The notes: generated from the sequence alone by a model not told the origin. A DNA stretch of 64,000 nt from Dicyema japonicum (GCA_011109175.1 RDEW01000014.1:248001-312000), one strand, 5' to 3'; positions 1-13,173 are shown, numbered from the stretch's first letter. Made by a program: numbers and translations.

Positions 1-259
1 AATACAATCGGAGGGAAAGAAAATAATTTTCGACCGACTAGCCGTATGTCACCACATGGCACACGCGAGAAAAATGAACTTTTTGGTTTTTAAATAAATA
101 AATTGTTTCAGAAAATAAGTAAAAAATGTTTTTAGTTCTGTCTCATATTTATGCAGCAAAAATGTCTCCACTTAGCAGCGAAATAATTTAAAAAATTAAA
201 ATTTATTGAGCCAGAAAAACTCCGTCATAGCCAGAATAAAAAATTCAGTCTATCTAATT

Positions 260-481
260 GAAGCAAATGCTGTCCAGGGGAACTCTATGAATGAATGTTG
301 ATTAATGGTTCTTTTGGTTATAATGATTATATCTGGAGCCACCTGAGATGGTGAACCACATGACGCACGCTAAGAATTCAAGTTCCCTGGAGCCTAAGGG
401 AAGATGAGGAACAGAAGAAGCACAAAAAATCTTCAATTCAAGTAGCTGTATAGCACCACACTAACGTTGCCGCCACGTGGC
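260..481 (-). repeat. Pseudoknot-containing SINE-like repeat, diverged copy
   Basis: Reverse complement aligns with 36697-36846: head GCCACGTGGCG..GTGGTGCT, pyrimidine tract, then GCGTCATGTGGTTCACC..GGT..GAACCA. Confidence 0.7.
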
Positions 482-584
482 ATAGTTGCCCTAATAAGTA
501 CAGAAATAACAAGACTGTCTGGGTAGAAGTCGGTTGGCAGCCCCACCATTTCGTATTACTTCCCCTTATCTCAATTAGCAGTGT

Positions 585-1238
585 TTACTCATATTCGTCA
601 CAGTCTTCCTGTGCCCTCATAAATATGTACATCTCCCTTTGACGTACTGTCAACTTGAAATTCTTTCGTAACTTTGAGACATTACCTTCTACGGCGACCT
701 CAATATAATAGATCCCTCTGGTATCACCTGAGTCTTCAAATTCCAAAAGAAGACAAGTTCTTTTTGAACTCGGACATCTCGTCATATTGAACAACAGGTA
801 TCAGCACATGGGGCATTTTAGAGATCTAAAGATGTTCCAGACTTCTCGTTGATCTCACTCTTTCGTAACATCGAAAATATACTTGTTGGATTCGTCCTGG
901 ACTACAACCCTTATTTTAGTTAAAAATCTTTTTTGTGAAAAAATAAATCCAAAAAGATTTAAGAAATCCAACCGTCAACTCGAACTGTCATTATTGAATA
1001 AAGAAAATGGGTGGATTATCTTCCGTCTTAACTCAAAATCAAACCATAAAAATTCTGGCGATTCATCAAAGTTTTTCTTACCAATCGAACTGATTTTGGT
1101 TTTTCTTATGGTGAGACGTTTATTACAGCAGTTTATTACACAAAAATTTGAATCGTCAAGCAGATGATCTAATGGTCCATTATTACAAAGTAAATTACCT
1201 CTCAATGCCAAAAAAACCACCCAAGAAGGTTCAATCAC
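585..1238 (-). pseudogene. Possible cadherin-repeat-like gene fragment, disrupted
   Basis: Fragments VVVQDESNKYIFD, INEKSGTSL and YYIEVAVEGNVSKLRKNFKLTV loosely resemble cadherin repeat motifs; frames are broken. Confidence 0.2.
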
Positions 1239-1618
1239 CTCGATGGTCTAGAACGCACATTCAAATCCTATCTCACCTATTCACAATTTAATCAAAATCT
1301 CCTGAGAATCTCTTTTCAAAGGCAACAGATAAATTTTTCGATTTTATAAATTCCTGCTATTAAATTTTCTATCTTCTCTTCAGTAGTATGCCCATAACTG
1401 ATACAACTCACCCTACGCTGATGACCTCATCATTTCATCCACATATAAAAGCTTCAAATAGCTCAGATAATGTTAAAAATCACCTACTTCATTTTGATTG
1501 GATTGTATCATGCTAGATGTCCCCATCCCAATAGAAATCTTCATTAACCTAATTTACCATCGACTGAAAGCAGTTCAACTATCGTCCTACTCTATCGCTT
1601 TTGACCCGCTTCTTTATA

Positions 1619-2883
1619 CAGTACAACCCCGCCCCAATAAAACCCAGACTTGGGGCACCCTCTATATATTGTGCACTTCTTTATAAAGTTCAGTTTATGA
1701 TAGTTTATTTAATTTCCGACCAATAGAATAATAATAAATATAAATCATCGACCCCGCTTATTGGGGTATTTTTGTTAAATAAAAATTTTATTATTCTATT
1801 CAAAATTATAGCGTGGCAAAAAGATTTTTTGCCGCGTAGTGAATAGGTGATGTGAATCAGGCGCCTGCATCATAAATGGAAAAGATGCTTTTTATATTGA
1901 AAGAGAATGAATTAACTAAAAAAGATTTTTTGTGCCTTGATGCAAAATTTTTGAAGCCATAGCAAGGAACTCTATGTCCGAAAGGAAAATATCAAAGATG
2001 TATAAAGTTGGAAAAGGAACAGTATCGAGAATAAAAATGTAGATTAGACAAGGATTTGATTCTGTTTCCGGAAATTTAATTAAAAACATTGCCAGAACTA
2101 TCGCGGCACGGATAAATTTTAAAATTTAAAGGCTCAAATGGATGGCTCAACCGCTTTAAGTAGCGTCATGGACTATCTTTTAAAACAATTTTTGGTGAAA
2201 AGAATTCCTGCGACAAAATTCAATTAAAAATAATGAGTTTTTGACCAAGTTTAATATGGAATATGTTTTTGTGATGAAACTTCCTTTTCATTAAAAAGAA
2301 TTAAAATAAATCATTTGTCACTAAAGATGAAGATTGTTTTGGTAAAAAATCTGTAAAGATATCAGTCCTTTTATCAGTAGTATAGCCGGGTGGCGCTGTG
2401 ACGGTTGCTGGGCAAGAGGCCTGAAGGTCGCTAGTTCGAATCCCGATACTGCACATTTCGGTTGAAAGTTCCACGCATCAATATGCTTTGGTTTGACAAG
2501 TGACGCCGTCATCAGTCAACTTCACTGCGGAACCGGATTGTCTATAAAGGACATTCACCCAAGAAAAATTAAAACCGTTGATTGTTGGAAAGTTTAAATC
2601 ACGGAGATGCCTTAAAATATAAAATCTGAGGATTATGGAGTATTAATTTTAAATTTTTTTTTCAATGCTTGTCCTGAAGCACTTAGAGAATATTATGATT
2701 TCAAATTACGAAAAAATACAATATTGGGGGAAAATTAGCGATACTATTTTTATTAAAAATGGCTTTTTTATTTTTAACAAGCTATTTAATTTAAAAAAAA
2801 TTAAAAAATAGTATCGAAAAAAAGGATAAATAATTTTATTTTATGTGTTTGGGGGGCTTTTTATTGGGAGAGGGATTGAACTG
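1619..2883 (+). mobile_element. pogo/Tigger-like DNA transposon remnant
   Basis: Imperfect TIRs CAGTACAACCCCGCCCCAATAAAA (from 1619) and reverse complement CAGTTCAATCCCTCTCCCAATAAAA (ending 2883); TA on both flanks; CENP-B-type HTH trace KGSNGWLNRFK near 2130-2160. Confidence 0.7.
2385..2568 (+). mobile_element. tRNA-derived SINE, subfamily A, nested in the pogo element
   Basis: tRNA-like head GCCGGGTGGCGC (A box) and AGTTCGAATCC (B box); body shared with copies at 3943, 25719, 53436 and 61736. Confidence 0.8.
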
Positions 2884-3942
2884 TATTAGCAAACGCGTCG
2901 ATAATCTCTGCACTAAAGCTAAGAAAAAAACAAATATCCTTTACTCAGTAGCAGGCTGCTGGAAAGTTTGACCCAAAGAATGTCTGACTGTCTTATACAA
3001 ACAATTCATCAAAACGACGTTTCATTATGCCTTTTAAAGTGGGGCCCTGTGATATTACTAACCCTTCTACAAAAGCTACAGTGGCTGAAAACTCAGTCTT
3101 GAGGTCTATAATAAACTTTTAAAAGTTCATCTCCTGTTAACTACCTACACTGGGAGGATAAGACTCTGTTATTTGTGAACGCTTCGAAACGGGGGAAACC
3201 ATATTAACGAAATTTTGCAACAACTCCTTTTTTTCAATTTAAGTCAATTAAGTCGTATCTTTCTATGACAATTTTACACAGGCGTTGACCAGTCGATTAG
3301 GCGGACCTTTTTTCCAATAAGGGCGTTCCTTGCCTTATGGATCTCAACCTCTGAAGATGTAAAATAGAAAGCCGTTCACCCTATCTCTCGATAACAATGT
3401 ATAGAATTGATATAAATTACAGCTGGATTTGGTGGAATTAGAATTTGTTTTCCATCGAACTCTCTTTTCTAGTTTACCGCATCTACCGGTCATACGCACT
3501 ACATCCTCTATTACTTTGAACCACAAAAACCCGGAGAAGCAGCGAAGTGATCAAAAAATTGGATCAATACAGCTTTACTTCCGCATAAACAAATAGGGGC
3601 AGTGCATGGTTCAAGGCTCTACCCTGTACATCACTCGTGCATTTTTAGACAATTCCCTAAAGGTTGTCAGCTTCCTGAATGAAGTTGAAGCTGATTTTAT
3701 TTTCCTAATCTTAGATCATTCCTTCAATAGATTCCTAAACTGCTTTGTACTGACCATTTTATTTCCTCTCTGGAATCAAATAGAATTAATAACCAACTAA
3801 TTTCTTATGTTTTGCACTTTATACCTCAATTCTTATCCGAATCCTCCCACTGTACGTTGATTGTCAAGGCTTAGAGCTGAACATGACTCGAACTCGTATC
3901 TACCATTTCGAATACCTTTGCATCCGATATTTCATAAATTTA

Positions 3943-4200
3943 TGGCGCAGTGTAACGGTTGCCGGGCAAGAGGCCTGAAGGTCGCTAGATACTGTACATT
4001 TCGGTTGAAGTTCCACGCATCTCTATGCTTTGGCTTGATGAGTGACGCCGTCATCAGTAGACATTTCACTGCAGAACCGGATCGTCTATATAAGACATAA
4101 ACCCAACAAAAAAGAAAACAAAAGAAGTGAAGAGCATTCCTTGATTCTCCCTCATCGATTAGTTATGATAACTGTTATTTGCTTAAAATAAAGTGTGTAA
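3943..4200 (+). mobile_element. tRNA-derived SINE, subfamily A
   Basis: High similarity to 2385-2568 (B-box region deleted) plus the 3' tail shared with other copies. Confidence 0.8.
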
Positions 4201-4329
4201 GGAAGACATTAATTCATTATATTCTAAATCAATAAACTATTTGCAATTTTAGTTGATCCATGTGTGGATAGTCTCTCTCCTTCTACTTTAAGAAAAACTA
4301 AGAAACTGAAGACCCAATCAGTCTAATCT

Positions 4330-4760
4330 GTTGTCGCAAATGAATTTGTGGAGATTCATGTAGACACGACGATCAGTACGGATACAACTGTAAAGAATAA
4401 CAAACCCGACATTTTCGTTTAGTATAAGACAAAAAATACGATTACTCTTGTTGAAATTGGAATCACTTCGCAAAACTTCCTTAAGCAGGTAGAGGTAGAA
4501 AAGTTCCTCAAGTATAACCTACTGGCGAACGAACTTGAGATTACTCATCGCGCAAAGGTGAAAATAATCCCTGTGGTCATCATTCACCTGGGATGGAATT
4601 GTTTCCAGATTCTTCAAAGGCTACCTAGATGCCCTCACGGTGAAGGAGAGGGTCAAAGTTTATATACAAACGCTAGTGTTACGGAAGACTTTGGAGGGTA
4701 GCAAGCTGAGGAGAGGCATGGAGTATCGATGCCTGTTGGTGAGGAAGACGGAATGGAATG
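4330..4760 (+). mobile_element. R4/Dong-like non-LTR retrotransposon, REL endonuclease fragment
   Basis: NKPDIFV..ITLVEIGITSQNFLKQVEVEK.LKYNLLANEL (PD-D/ExK motif); homologous to 32143-32787. Confidence 0.8.
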
Positions 4761-6912
4761 TCAACCTAGGGTAGTCTCTGAATGTGGGGTATGCAGCGAC
4801 ATGAACACGCTAAAGGCAATAGGGGTTGGCCCCCAGAAAAGAAGATTGAGTTAGATGGGCGTTATAAAATAATTACTTTTACTTATTGTTTGATAAATAA
4901 AATTGATTTATTAAATAAAACTAATTAAAATTAAATTAAATTATTTTTGTGATTCTACGATGGTCAAATAGATCACACCTAAAAATAAGTTATAAAATAC
5001 CAGCCAATATCAAAAGTGAGATTATAAATATAGAGAATTAGAAATTTCATTAACGTCCGGGCAATCAATCGAACTTTATATACGAATTAATAGTACTAAA
5101 TTATTCATTAATTTAAATAATTCAAATCTAGATTACACTCCTCTCGATTTATTTATTCACCATAATCCCTTCTAGCGAAGGAAACCCGTGGCTAACTAGA
5201 AAGTCACAGTTAAAATCGAACGCTACTAAGAATCCATCAAGTGCATTTGTGTTGTGAGAACTCGGAAACGGCCCAAGAGTTGCACGTATTCTGGTCTACT
5301 CTTAAATTATTATTTGCTTAGAACGTTTTTATTATTTTAATTTAAAAAATCAACTAAAATGAATTGATAGAGTCTTTCCCAATTAATTCGTCTCCTCTGA
5401 GCCGGGCAAACCGACAATTTTAGGCTCTTCATAGTAAATATTTTAGACAGTCAATGGACAGTTTTCTTTGACCGCCGTTATACGAACAAGATCACATGCT
5501 AATGTGAGAGGAATATCAATGCTATATTAAATTATTCAAATTACCATTTGAATATGAGGGTTAGTATAAGAACCCTCAGACAACTACTTCATCACAAAAT
5601 GTTCGGAGAAAGGGGCTGTAAAAATGGAGAAGAGACATTTCTTATTATCATACAGAGATGGATGATGTCCACACCGTAGTTTTGCGAATCCTACTCTGAT
5701 AGTTTTGAATCAACAATTTTAGACGCTGATTTTGGAGGGTCTATGCCAAAGTATTTTATTGTCCAAAGACCCCCTGAGGTACTGGTGGACGCAAATCATG
5801 AATTCTTTCGCTCCAGTTCTGTTTTTATCGGAAGTGAAATTTTCCGGAATATTCTATTATAGGATTTTAAAAAGTTAGTTTTCAAAACTGAGTTTTGCAT
5901 CATTTGGAGTTTTATGAGAATGCATGGCCCAGCTTAGGAATGCACAACTAAGTGTTGTCTTTATAAATTTCTTGTATAAGAAAGTGAGGCATTTTTAGGT
6001 TGACCGTTGAGGAACTGGTATTGTAGTCTGAATACTTGTATTTCGCTCGGTTTAGTTTGGAGATTTTTTATGTTTGTGATTTTTTTATTTTTTTTATTTA
6101 TAAAAAATGTCATAAACAACTTCAATAATTACGTTCATGTCAATGAGCACTCACAATTCACAAAAATAAATATTATCAAATTATGTTCAAAATTTAAATC
6201 AAGAATGGCGGAACCGCTTCTGAACAGAGGAAATTGAAAGAATGCTCGGTCTTTGAAGATTGTTTTCACTTTATTCAAATCGCCTTTGAAAAAAAGAGAT
6301 TTTCTTTGAAGTTTTAGAAGGATGAGTAATGGAGTCGTCAACAAAATCTAAAAAATATATAAAACAGCCCTTCCAATAAGGAGTAGGTAATTGCAGACTG
6401 GTCAATAAGGGGAAGGAAAAATTGAAGTGACTGGTTACTTAGAAATTTTATTTATTTAAAGATCAGGAATTAAAAAACGAACCGCTCCAGACAACACAAA
6501 CCTAGAAATATCCACTTTCACCTTGATCCCTGATGAGACATGGCAAGAAAATATTCTGAACAACTCTTCCCGCCAAATATGGAAAATTTCCCCACTGCAG
6601 GAGCGATAATTCCACTCTGACGACCCTCGGGAGGGCCAGTTTTGAAGCGCTAATCTCAGAAGGTCAACGTTCCAGTATCTTGTTATCTTCTAAGGTCTGT
6701 ATGGCACACGTAGACACGAATTGTGTATACTCTCAGTCCAGGTTTGGTCTTTTTCCAGAAGTGGGTTCTTTTAATGTAATTGAGGGTTCTCCAGAGGTTC
6801 TCAAGACTTGAGTCAATAAATAAAATAAATAATCGAAAATTAATATTTAATAAAGATTTTAATAATTAATATTAAGTCATAAATAATATTTCCATAGATA
6901 TTCAAAGCTGAG

Positions 6913-7611
6913 ATGCAAAATAATGAAATATCGGTCTTCATGATAATGCTAAAGGGACAAATCGAGACCGCCAAAGTTTGGAGTTATTATTATAAATCAA
7001 CAGTTTCCATCCTGTAGTGATATTTACTGCAAATACTGTTTTGTATATGGAGATGACTGGCAGAGAATATCCGTAAATAAAATCTAAGATTTTAGGGACT
7101 GGAAGAAGGGATCTCTCAAATAGTTAAACACAGCATGGACTACAGGAAAGAATTTGTTCTCAATTTCCCGATTGATGTCACTTTTAAGAGTACGAACCCG
7201 TTTGGATGTATTCCTTGCGTTGAATTATACAGGGCCTCAAATTGTAGTAGAATGCAGTTCATATGACACGTTCGGGAGAGAGTATATCTGTGGATATGGA
7301 GTATCCCACATCCCCACAGTAGCTGGAAAGTCAAAGTCATTTAATTTTTAGTCATTCTGTTGAGATTCCGATGTTTGTCCCCAAATCATCTTCCTCTTAC
7401 AATTCTTTTTTATCCCTTCTGACAGGAAAGTACCCAATTTTCGTGGATGAGAAGAGATTAGCCACTGGTGAGGACAGACAATGTGAGAATTTGTGAATTG
7501 TGATTGTTAGTAATCAATGTGACCACACAAGGAATCTTAAAGATTCAATTTAATGTCACAACAAAGGATGTCAAAAAAATGAATTATGAAATTCAAAAAT
7601 TCAATAATTAA
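6913..7611 (+). CDS. B9D1: B9 domain-containing protein 1 (ciliary transition zone, MKS module)
   Basis: Removing GT-AG introns 6976-7003, 7073-7095, 7208-7232, 7330-7351 and 7483-7510 gives an intact ORF with [45 protein letters not shown] and FNVTTKD. Confidence 0.95.
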
Positions 7612-8894
7612 ATAAAATGTGTTTTAAAGTTTAATTTATCGGTTGTCCTCCAGGTAAACCTGCCATATCTACGATGTGGGCAACACCCCTCTCTACGGTC
7701 GTACGTAAGTAAACTGGATGATGTAAAAATTTATTCTGTTCCTTTTGTAACCTCTTCGAGTTGACACCAAATCACCTTTTTGAATGTCTTGAATTAGTAC
7801 ACTGTTCGCCTGACCGATCTATGGTAGCGACCGGGATTTGCTCCGTTCTGCTGGTCTCCTACAAGTTAGTGAGGCCGGGATTACTTAACTAACCGGTTTT
7901 CCGGTCTTCCTGGATAATGATTAGAAAACATCTCTAAGAATATAAGACCGATCTCATAGCAATAAATAGACTACCGCCACATAAGTAGAGAGGTCTTCGA
8001 ATATACAAGTCCATCTATAATCAGGGGAAAGGAAAAAAAGCTTCCAGTCTTTAAAGTTGTGGAAACGCATCCAAAGGCGTGGGGAAGTTGAATTGAAATT
8101 ATTTTTTTTCGAGTCATCCTAGCAATAGACGTCATCTGAGACAGTTAGGTCACGACACCATTTAGTAGGACAAGATAAGATAAGCAACAGAGTAAAGTTA
8201 GAGAACCTTCCGTCGAGAAGATCAAACTCAGGACCGTTGTTATAGTATGACTATTAATCATCCTTGCATATATTATGGTCGTCCTCGATATCCTTGAGTC
8301 ATTGCTGATGATCTCTCTTAGAAAGATCTTTAATGGCGAGGGTAGGTGTTTTCTGGGGTATATTTCCTACTTCCCGTATTGCATCCGGCATATGCCCAAC
8401 GTCCAATAATTGTATGAAGATATAGGGAGAACGAATGTAGTTTCACTGAAAACGATGCATGCTAACTCCTAAATGATTTCGACAGTAGTTTTCTTAATGC
8501 TATCGTTGCAGTCACCAAATAGTGATCTGACCTTTTTTCAGTTTTAGCCAGCTTTTCATCATCATAACAGATCCATTTTCTACAAGTTCATTTTAAAGAG
8601 ATCATATCAAATATTTCAGGTACACACTTTATAATGTCTTAGAATGTTAATATCATCAGTTCATTGGTGATATGTTGTCCAAGCTTTAACTAAGACACAT
8701 AGTACAGATCGACCTTCCACTCCTGATACCAGATTAGCGCATAGACTACTTCTCAGTTTCTCTTGTGAAGTGGAAACCTGTAATGGACTATTCGAAGATT
8801 GATTTGGCAGCAACAAGGAAACATTCTCCCTGGAGATCCTTCTTTAGATGAATTGGTGGTGACTGTTTGTTATTGACTTACCAAAGATTGTAAA

Positions 8895-9520
8895 CCTGTG
8901 GTTAATTTATTTAACAGCCCAAGACTACGGTAAAACCATACTAATTATCACGTGATCCAGATGCATTCCAACAGCGACCACATCTTTGCCCGCTATTCTT
9001 CCCTCGTACAGGACAGCTGACTTATTTTACGGGGGTGCACTCCCGTGATCTGGAGTCTGGCCACATAAGAATCTCCAGAAACGTCGGTTAGGCTCGGCAA
9101 TCTCCACAAATCTAACGATCCGTTACTCTGAAAGCCCATTTTTGCATTTCCTCGATCTTCCTCATATTTGTCCAAAATATAGACGGTCCCTACGAGGCGC
9201 ATGCATATGAGAAACATGGCTCGATGTACTGTTTGTACACGTTCATCAAAACTGGGTAAGTACCACTCTTCCATATTCCCGATAAACTTTTCAATACGTT
9301 CAGTTTCTTCTCGCATTTCGATAGAATGTTTTCTACGTGTGGTGTCAAACAGAGATGCATATCAATTGTCACACCCAAGATCTTTTGACATCCGGTTTTC
9401 CATTATCCAGGCATTAAGCCTGTAAGGTTAATTTATATTCTTTCTGTGGCCTTCTGGATGTCCTGATCTCGCGAAGCCAACACAATATCATCCGCATAGG
9501 AAAGTAGAACATCATATAAG
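8895..9520 (-). mobile_element. Jockey/I-like LINE 3' fragment (RT C-terminus, 3' UTR, TAAA-type tail)
   Basis: YADDIV near 9490; KLNVLKSLSG..YKQYIEP.FSYA; 3' UTR homologous to 14940-15165. Confidence 0.75.
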
Positions 9521-10466
9521 GGATAATAATTAAATGAAACCGGAAAATAAGTACTTATCACGATCAGCTTTCCAGTTTTTATTAAAAATTAAAATTTTAT
9601 ATTTTTTACTGGAAAATCTAATATTTTAATTTATTAATTTCTTTACCTCGAATCTGTCTGAATAGATTGTTTATTAATGCTAAATAGTTTGGAAATGCTC
9701 TAAAATTTGATGTAAATCACAATTTTCGTTAAAGCGGTAGATTTTGTGTTTTATTGTATAACCACCAGGCTTTAAAACACACGCATATCTCTCCCGGATG
9801 TCATACGATTTATATTTTTATGGATTTTTAAATTTTCTATTAATAATTCTTAATTAATTAATTAATTAAAAGTTTTTTTTTCTATTACAAAAATGGAAAA
9901 ACAACATATTTCCCTATGCATGGACGGCTATTTGAAAAAAATTCCTTTCACATTATCTATTCAGAATAGAGTTTTTATTATTGCAAAAACGTTTACTCTA
10001 TATTTTAATGAAGTCTTGAGTAGCTTTTTTTCATATTTAAAAAAATTTTCTAGAAAAATTTGTCACAAAATCAAAAACATCAAAATTTAGAAATTTAAAA
10101 AAAATAAAATTAATTTTTAGGTCAGAATTTTGGATTTGTAAAGTTGAAAAAATCACCATAATTATAATGCTTATTTGCCTTAATGGTTGTCGTGACTAAT
10201 AAAAAGTACTATATATTCTAAGAATAATAAAATAATAGCATGAGTAATGGGATTATTAGAATTAAAAGGCATTAATGAACCACAACTCTAAACGCTAACT
10301 ATATACTGAGAATCTAACCCTTACTTTATTTTTTTACTTTATACTAGTAGTCTACAAAAAAGTAATAAAATCGACTCCAAAATGGATTTACAATAATAAG
10401 ATAAAATAAAAAAATTAATTTAATATTGTAAAATTAAATTTAATGCGGCATTGTTAGGTGGTATAG

Positions 10467-12289
10467 ATGCATGAGCCCGTTGAAGAGAAAAAGATAGAAG
10501 AGAACGTAGAGGATTCTGAAGAGGATAACGATGTGATTGAGTACAGTCCATGTGGAAGATGGCAAAAAAGGAATGAGGAAATTTCTCAAAAGGAACTATC
10601 AGGCATAGACGCCACTTACTTAGCAATGGATCTTGAAGAAGGAGTCGAAGTTGTTTGGAACGAAATTGAGATCTCTGATGGACGAAACGTTGAAAAGGTA
10701 AAGGTTTGGCTCTTGGTTCTAATTCGAGGACCAAATAAATACAGTGTTAATAAATTTGGTGAATCTTACTCACCAATACATAATCAACTTCCATCACTAC
10801 TGGATTGATGCCGACAGAACTCCTTCAAGGGTTTTTTCCTCTCCGAGAATTTATAGGTTATATTCATCACGGAGTATATGAGGTGCTGGAAGCTCATGCC
10901 TTTTCTTAAGAAATCCCAGAAAACGGTCAGATACTCTCTCAAGGTTTATATCTATTTGTCTTAAGCTCAGACATGGAAGCGTTGGTGTGGGCAGATAGTA
11001 TGTGCGCTCATGTATTTTTCGTTTTAATTTAAGGTTTTTCCACCGAAATAACCATATCGATTATTCACGGAAATCTTTCGTGCGACGGAATATTTATGCA
11101 GCACAACGGAATCCTCAAAATCTGTGCAGGTCTCTTCTGGTTTTATTCCTAGTCGCCCCAGACGCCATATACAGGGGAGTCAAAACTAGTCGACTCTCTG
11201 TGGACAGACTTCTTTATATTGCCCCTGAATATGCCTCGGGTCTCGTTTATTTTTACTTTCAGAGTCTGCACCATCACTACAGCCTCTGATATTTATTCCT
11301 TTGGGATTTGTGCTTTGAGAGTATAATCTTAGTTCACTTCAAGCTTTATGTTTGCATTTTGGGACTCCCTGATGACTCCAGTCAGTTCACTCAAAAAGAG
11401 AAGCGGGACAAACTGGATAGAATCCATCGAAGACAAAAAAATCAGGAATATGATATCAAAATGTCTTATGGAAGACCCAGAAAGTCGTCCTACTTCTCGT
11501 GATCTTCTTTTGGACCCGTCTCTAGTTGATATACCCCCGTTAAAGTTTATTGCTATTGATAAACACGGGAGAATCAGTTTGATCTGTGTATTATTTAGAC
11601 AACAATCAAGTCTCTCCCAGTAATCATTACAAATCACTCAACATTTCTGCAGATCGGACATTTGCCTTGGTGGGCACTGCTAGACAGCCTTGGCTGTTTA
11701 TGTTTGCTTTCATACTTGTAGATATTCTCAGTTAAATAAGCCAGCCTTCGGGGAACTTGTAGACACTCTGAGGTTTTCCAAATTTTGAGTTTGTAGGAGC
11801 GGGAAATTCCCTTTGTTATGCTCGGATGTGTTCTCCCAATCTTTGGATGACAGCAAAACTCAAATCGTAGATAGTGCGTCCCTATCTGGAGAGAGCCATG
11901 TACAGTTATCTTCACTAATCGGTGGTGGTGAAAATACGTCACAGGGATCTCAAAATGAGAGAGAGGTTGTCCTTCAATCCAGTCCCTTGGAGGAGACCAG
12001 ACTGGCCCTGTCAATCGAATGTTCAATCAAAGAGTCAACTGAAGTCAGCGATTTACACTCAGTTGATGGACTTATGACTTTAGTTGTCACTTTTGATAAA
12101 GTTTGCTGATAAAACCAACCGACAACTAAGCTGTGAGATTTCTTCTGGTGAAACTGCCGACAGTTTGACTCGAGAACTTCTGAGTTATTGTTTGATAAAC
12201 GAGGTGATGTAATGCATATTCAGGCTGATTTTGACAACGTGGAGAGTGCAATCAATGGGTGCATCATTCAAATGTTTGAAGTTGAATAA
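10467..12289 (+). CDS. NRBP: Nuclear receptor-binding protein (WNK-related pseudokinase)
   Basis: SPCGRWQKR, YLAMDLEEGVEVVWNE, VIFITEYM, WKRWC.QI, IHGNL, VAPD, DIYSFGICAL, RPTSRDLL and C-terminal RQLSCE; multiple 20-31 nt introns; one or two single-base frameshifts; true start may lie further upstream. Confidence 0.9.
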
Positions 12290-13173
12290 TTTTATATTTC
12301 TTTGTTGCATTAATTTTATTACTATTTTTTTGATAAGCAATCTTTTTATCGTTTTGATTGATAAGCAGGATTTCCGCATTTAAACGTCATAGCTTGTTGA
12401 TGGGAGCTGTTTTACAAAAGTCTGTCAGTGGTTTGTAATTTTGCTAGCATGTTAGACCGGTCTGAAGGAGGTAAACGTCGCACCATGTTATCCAGGGATT
12501 TGTTCCGTTAGTGAGTTTTGATAATTCTAGTCTTTAATAACAAAGATTGTAAGCCAGTTGGTGAAATGACAAAATTGCTAAATTCTGTGGATAGGCATAA
12601 GATAACTAAACAACTTAGTATATAGATTAAATTTGAGATTTTTATTATTTTAAATTTACTTAATTATTTTTCTTAATTTTTTTTGTGCTGAAAAAGTTCC
12701 TAATCTTTGATGTGGAAAAACTATGAGAGTTACATTTCGAGCCTTTGTGCGCAGTTGGTGATACTAGAATGATGTCAATAAAACTAAAACCATTTAAATC
12801 AATATTTTCATCATACAGATTGTAAAGTACAACAACAACTGTACTTGACGGAACAGTGGTCACTTGAAAGAAACGACTGCCACCAAACGCTCTGGAAATC
12901 TTTATTCTTCTAAACGATGCGGGGTTCCCGTTTTACCATACAGTTCTTCGTCTATCACGAACTTGTGTGACCTCAAGGAAAGAACATCAAATGACGGATC
13001 TGGTGGGACTTGTAGTTATCTAGTTCTGGACTTTACTTGTGGTCTATCAAAATAAATTCACTCATTAGTTCTGAATATGCACCTTAATTAGGAAAAAAGT
13101 TAATTTTAGAAACGAAGGCTCAGTTTCATAACTGTCAGACAAAATCATGATAATTTCGGGTTTAATCTTGCTG

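Noticed and set aside
2490-2520. CTGATGA on the minus strand of SINE copies suggesting a hammerhead ribozyme
   Set aside because: No GAAA after stem II (TCAAAC instead), and the CTG is paired in a conserved plus-strand hairpin
6888-6901. X-box-like pseudo-palindrome ATTTCCATAGATAT 12 bp upstream of B9D1
   Set aside because: Three mismatches to GTHNYYATRRNAAC in very AT-rich DNA, and no comparable site upstream of DNAAF1; not supportable alone
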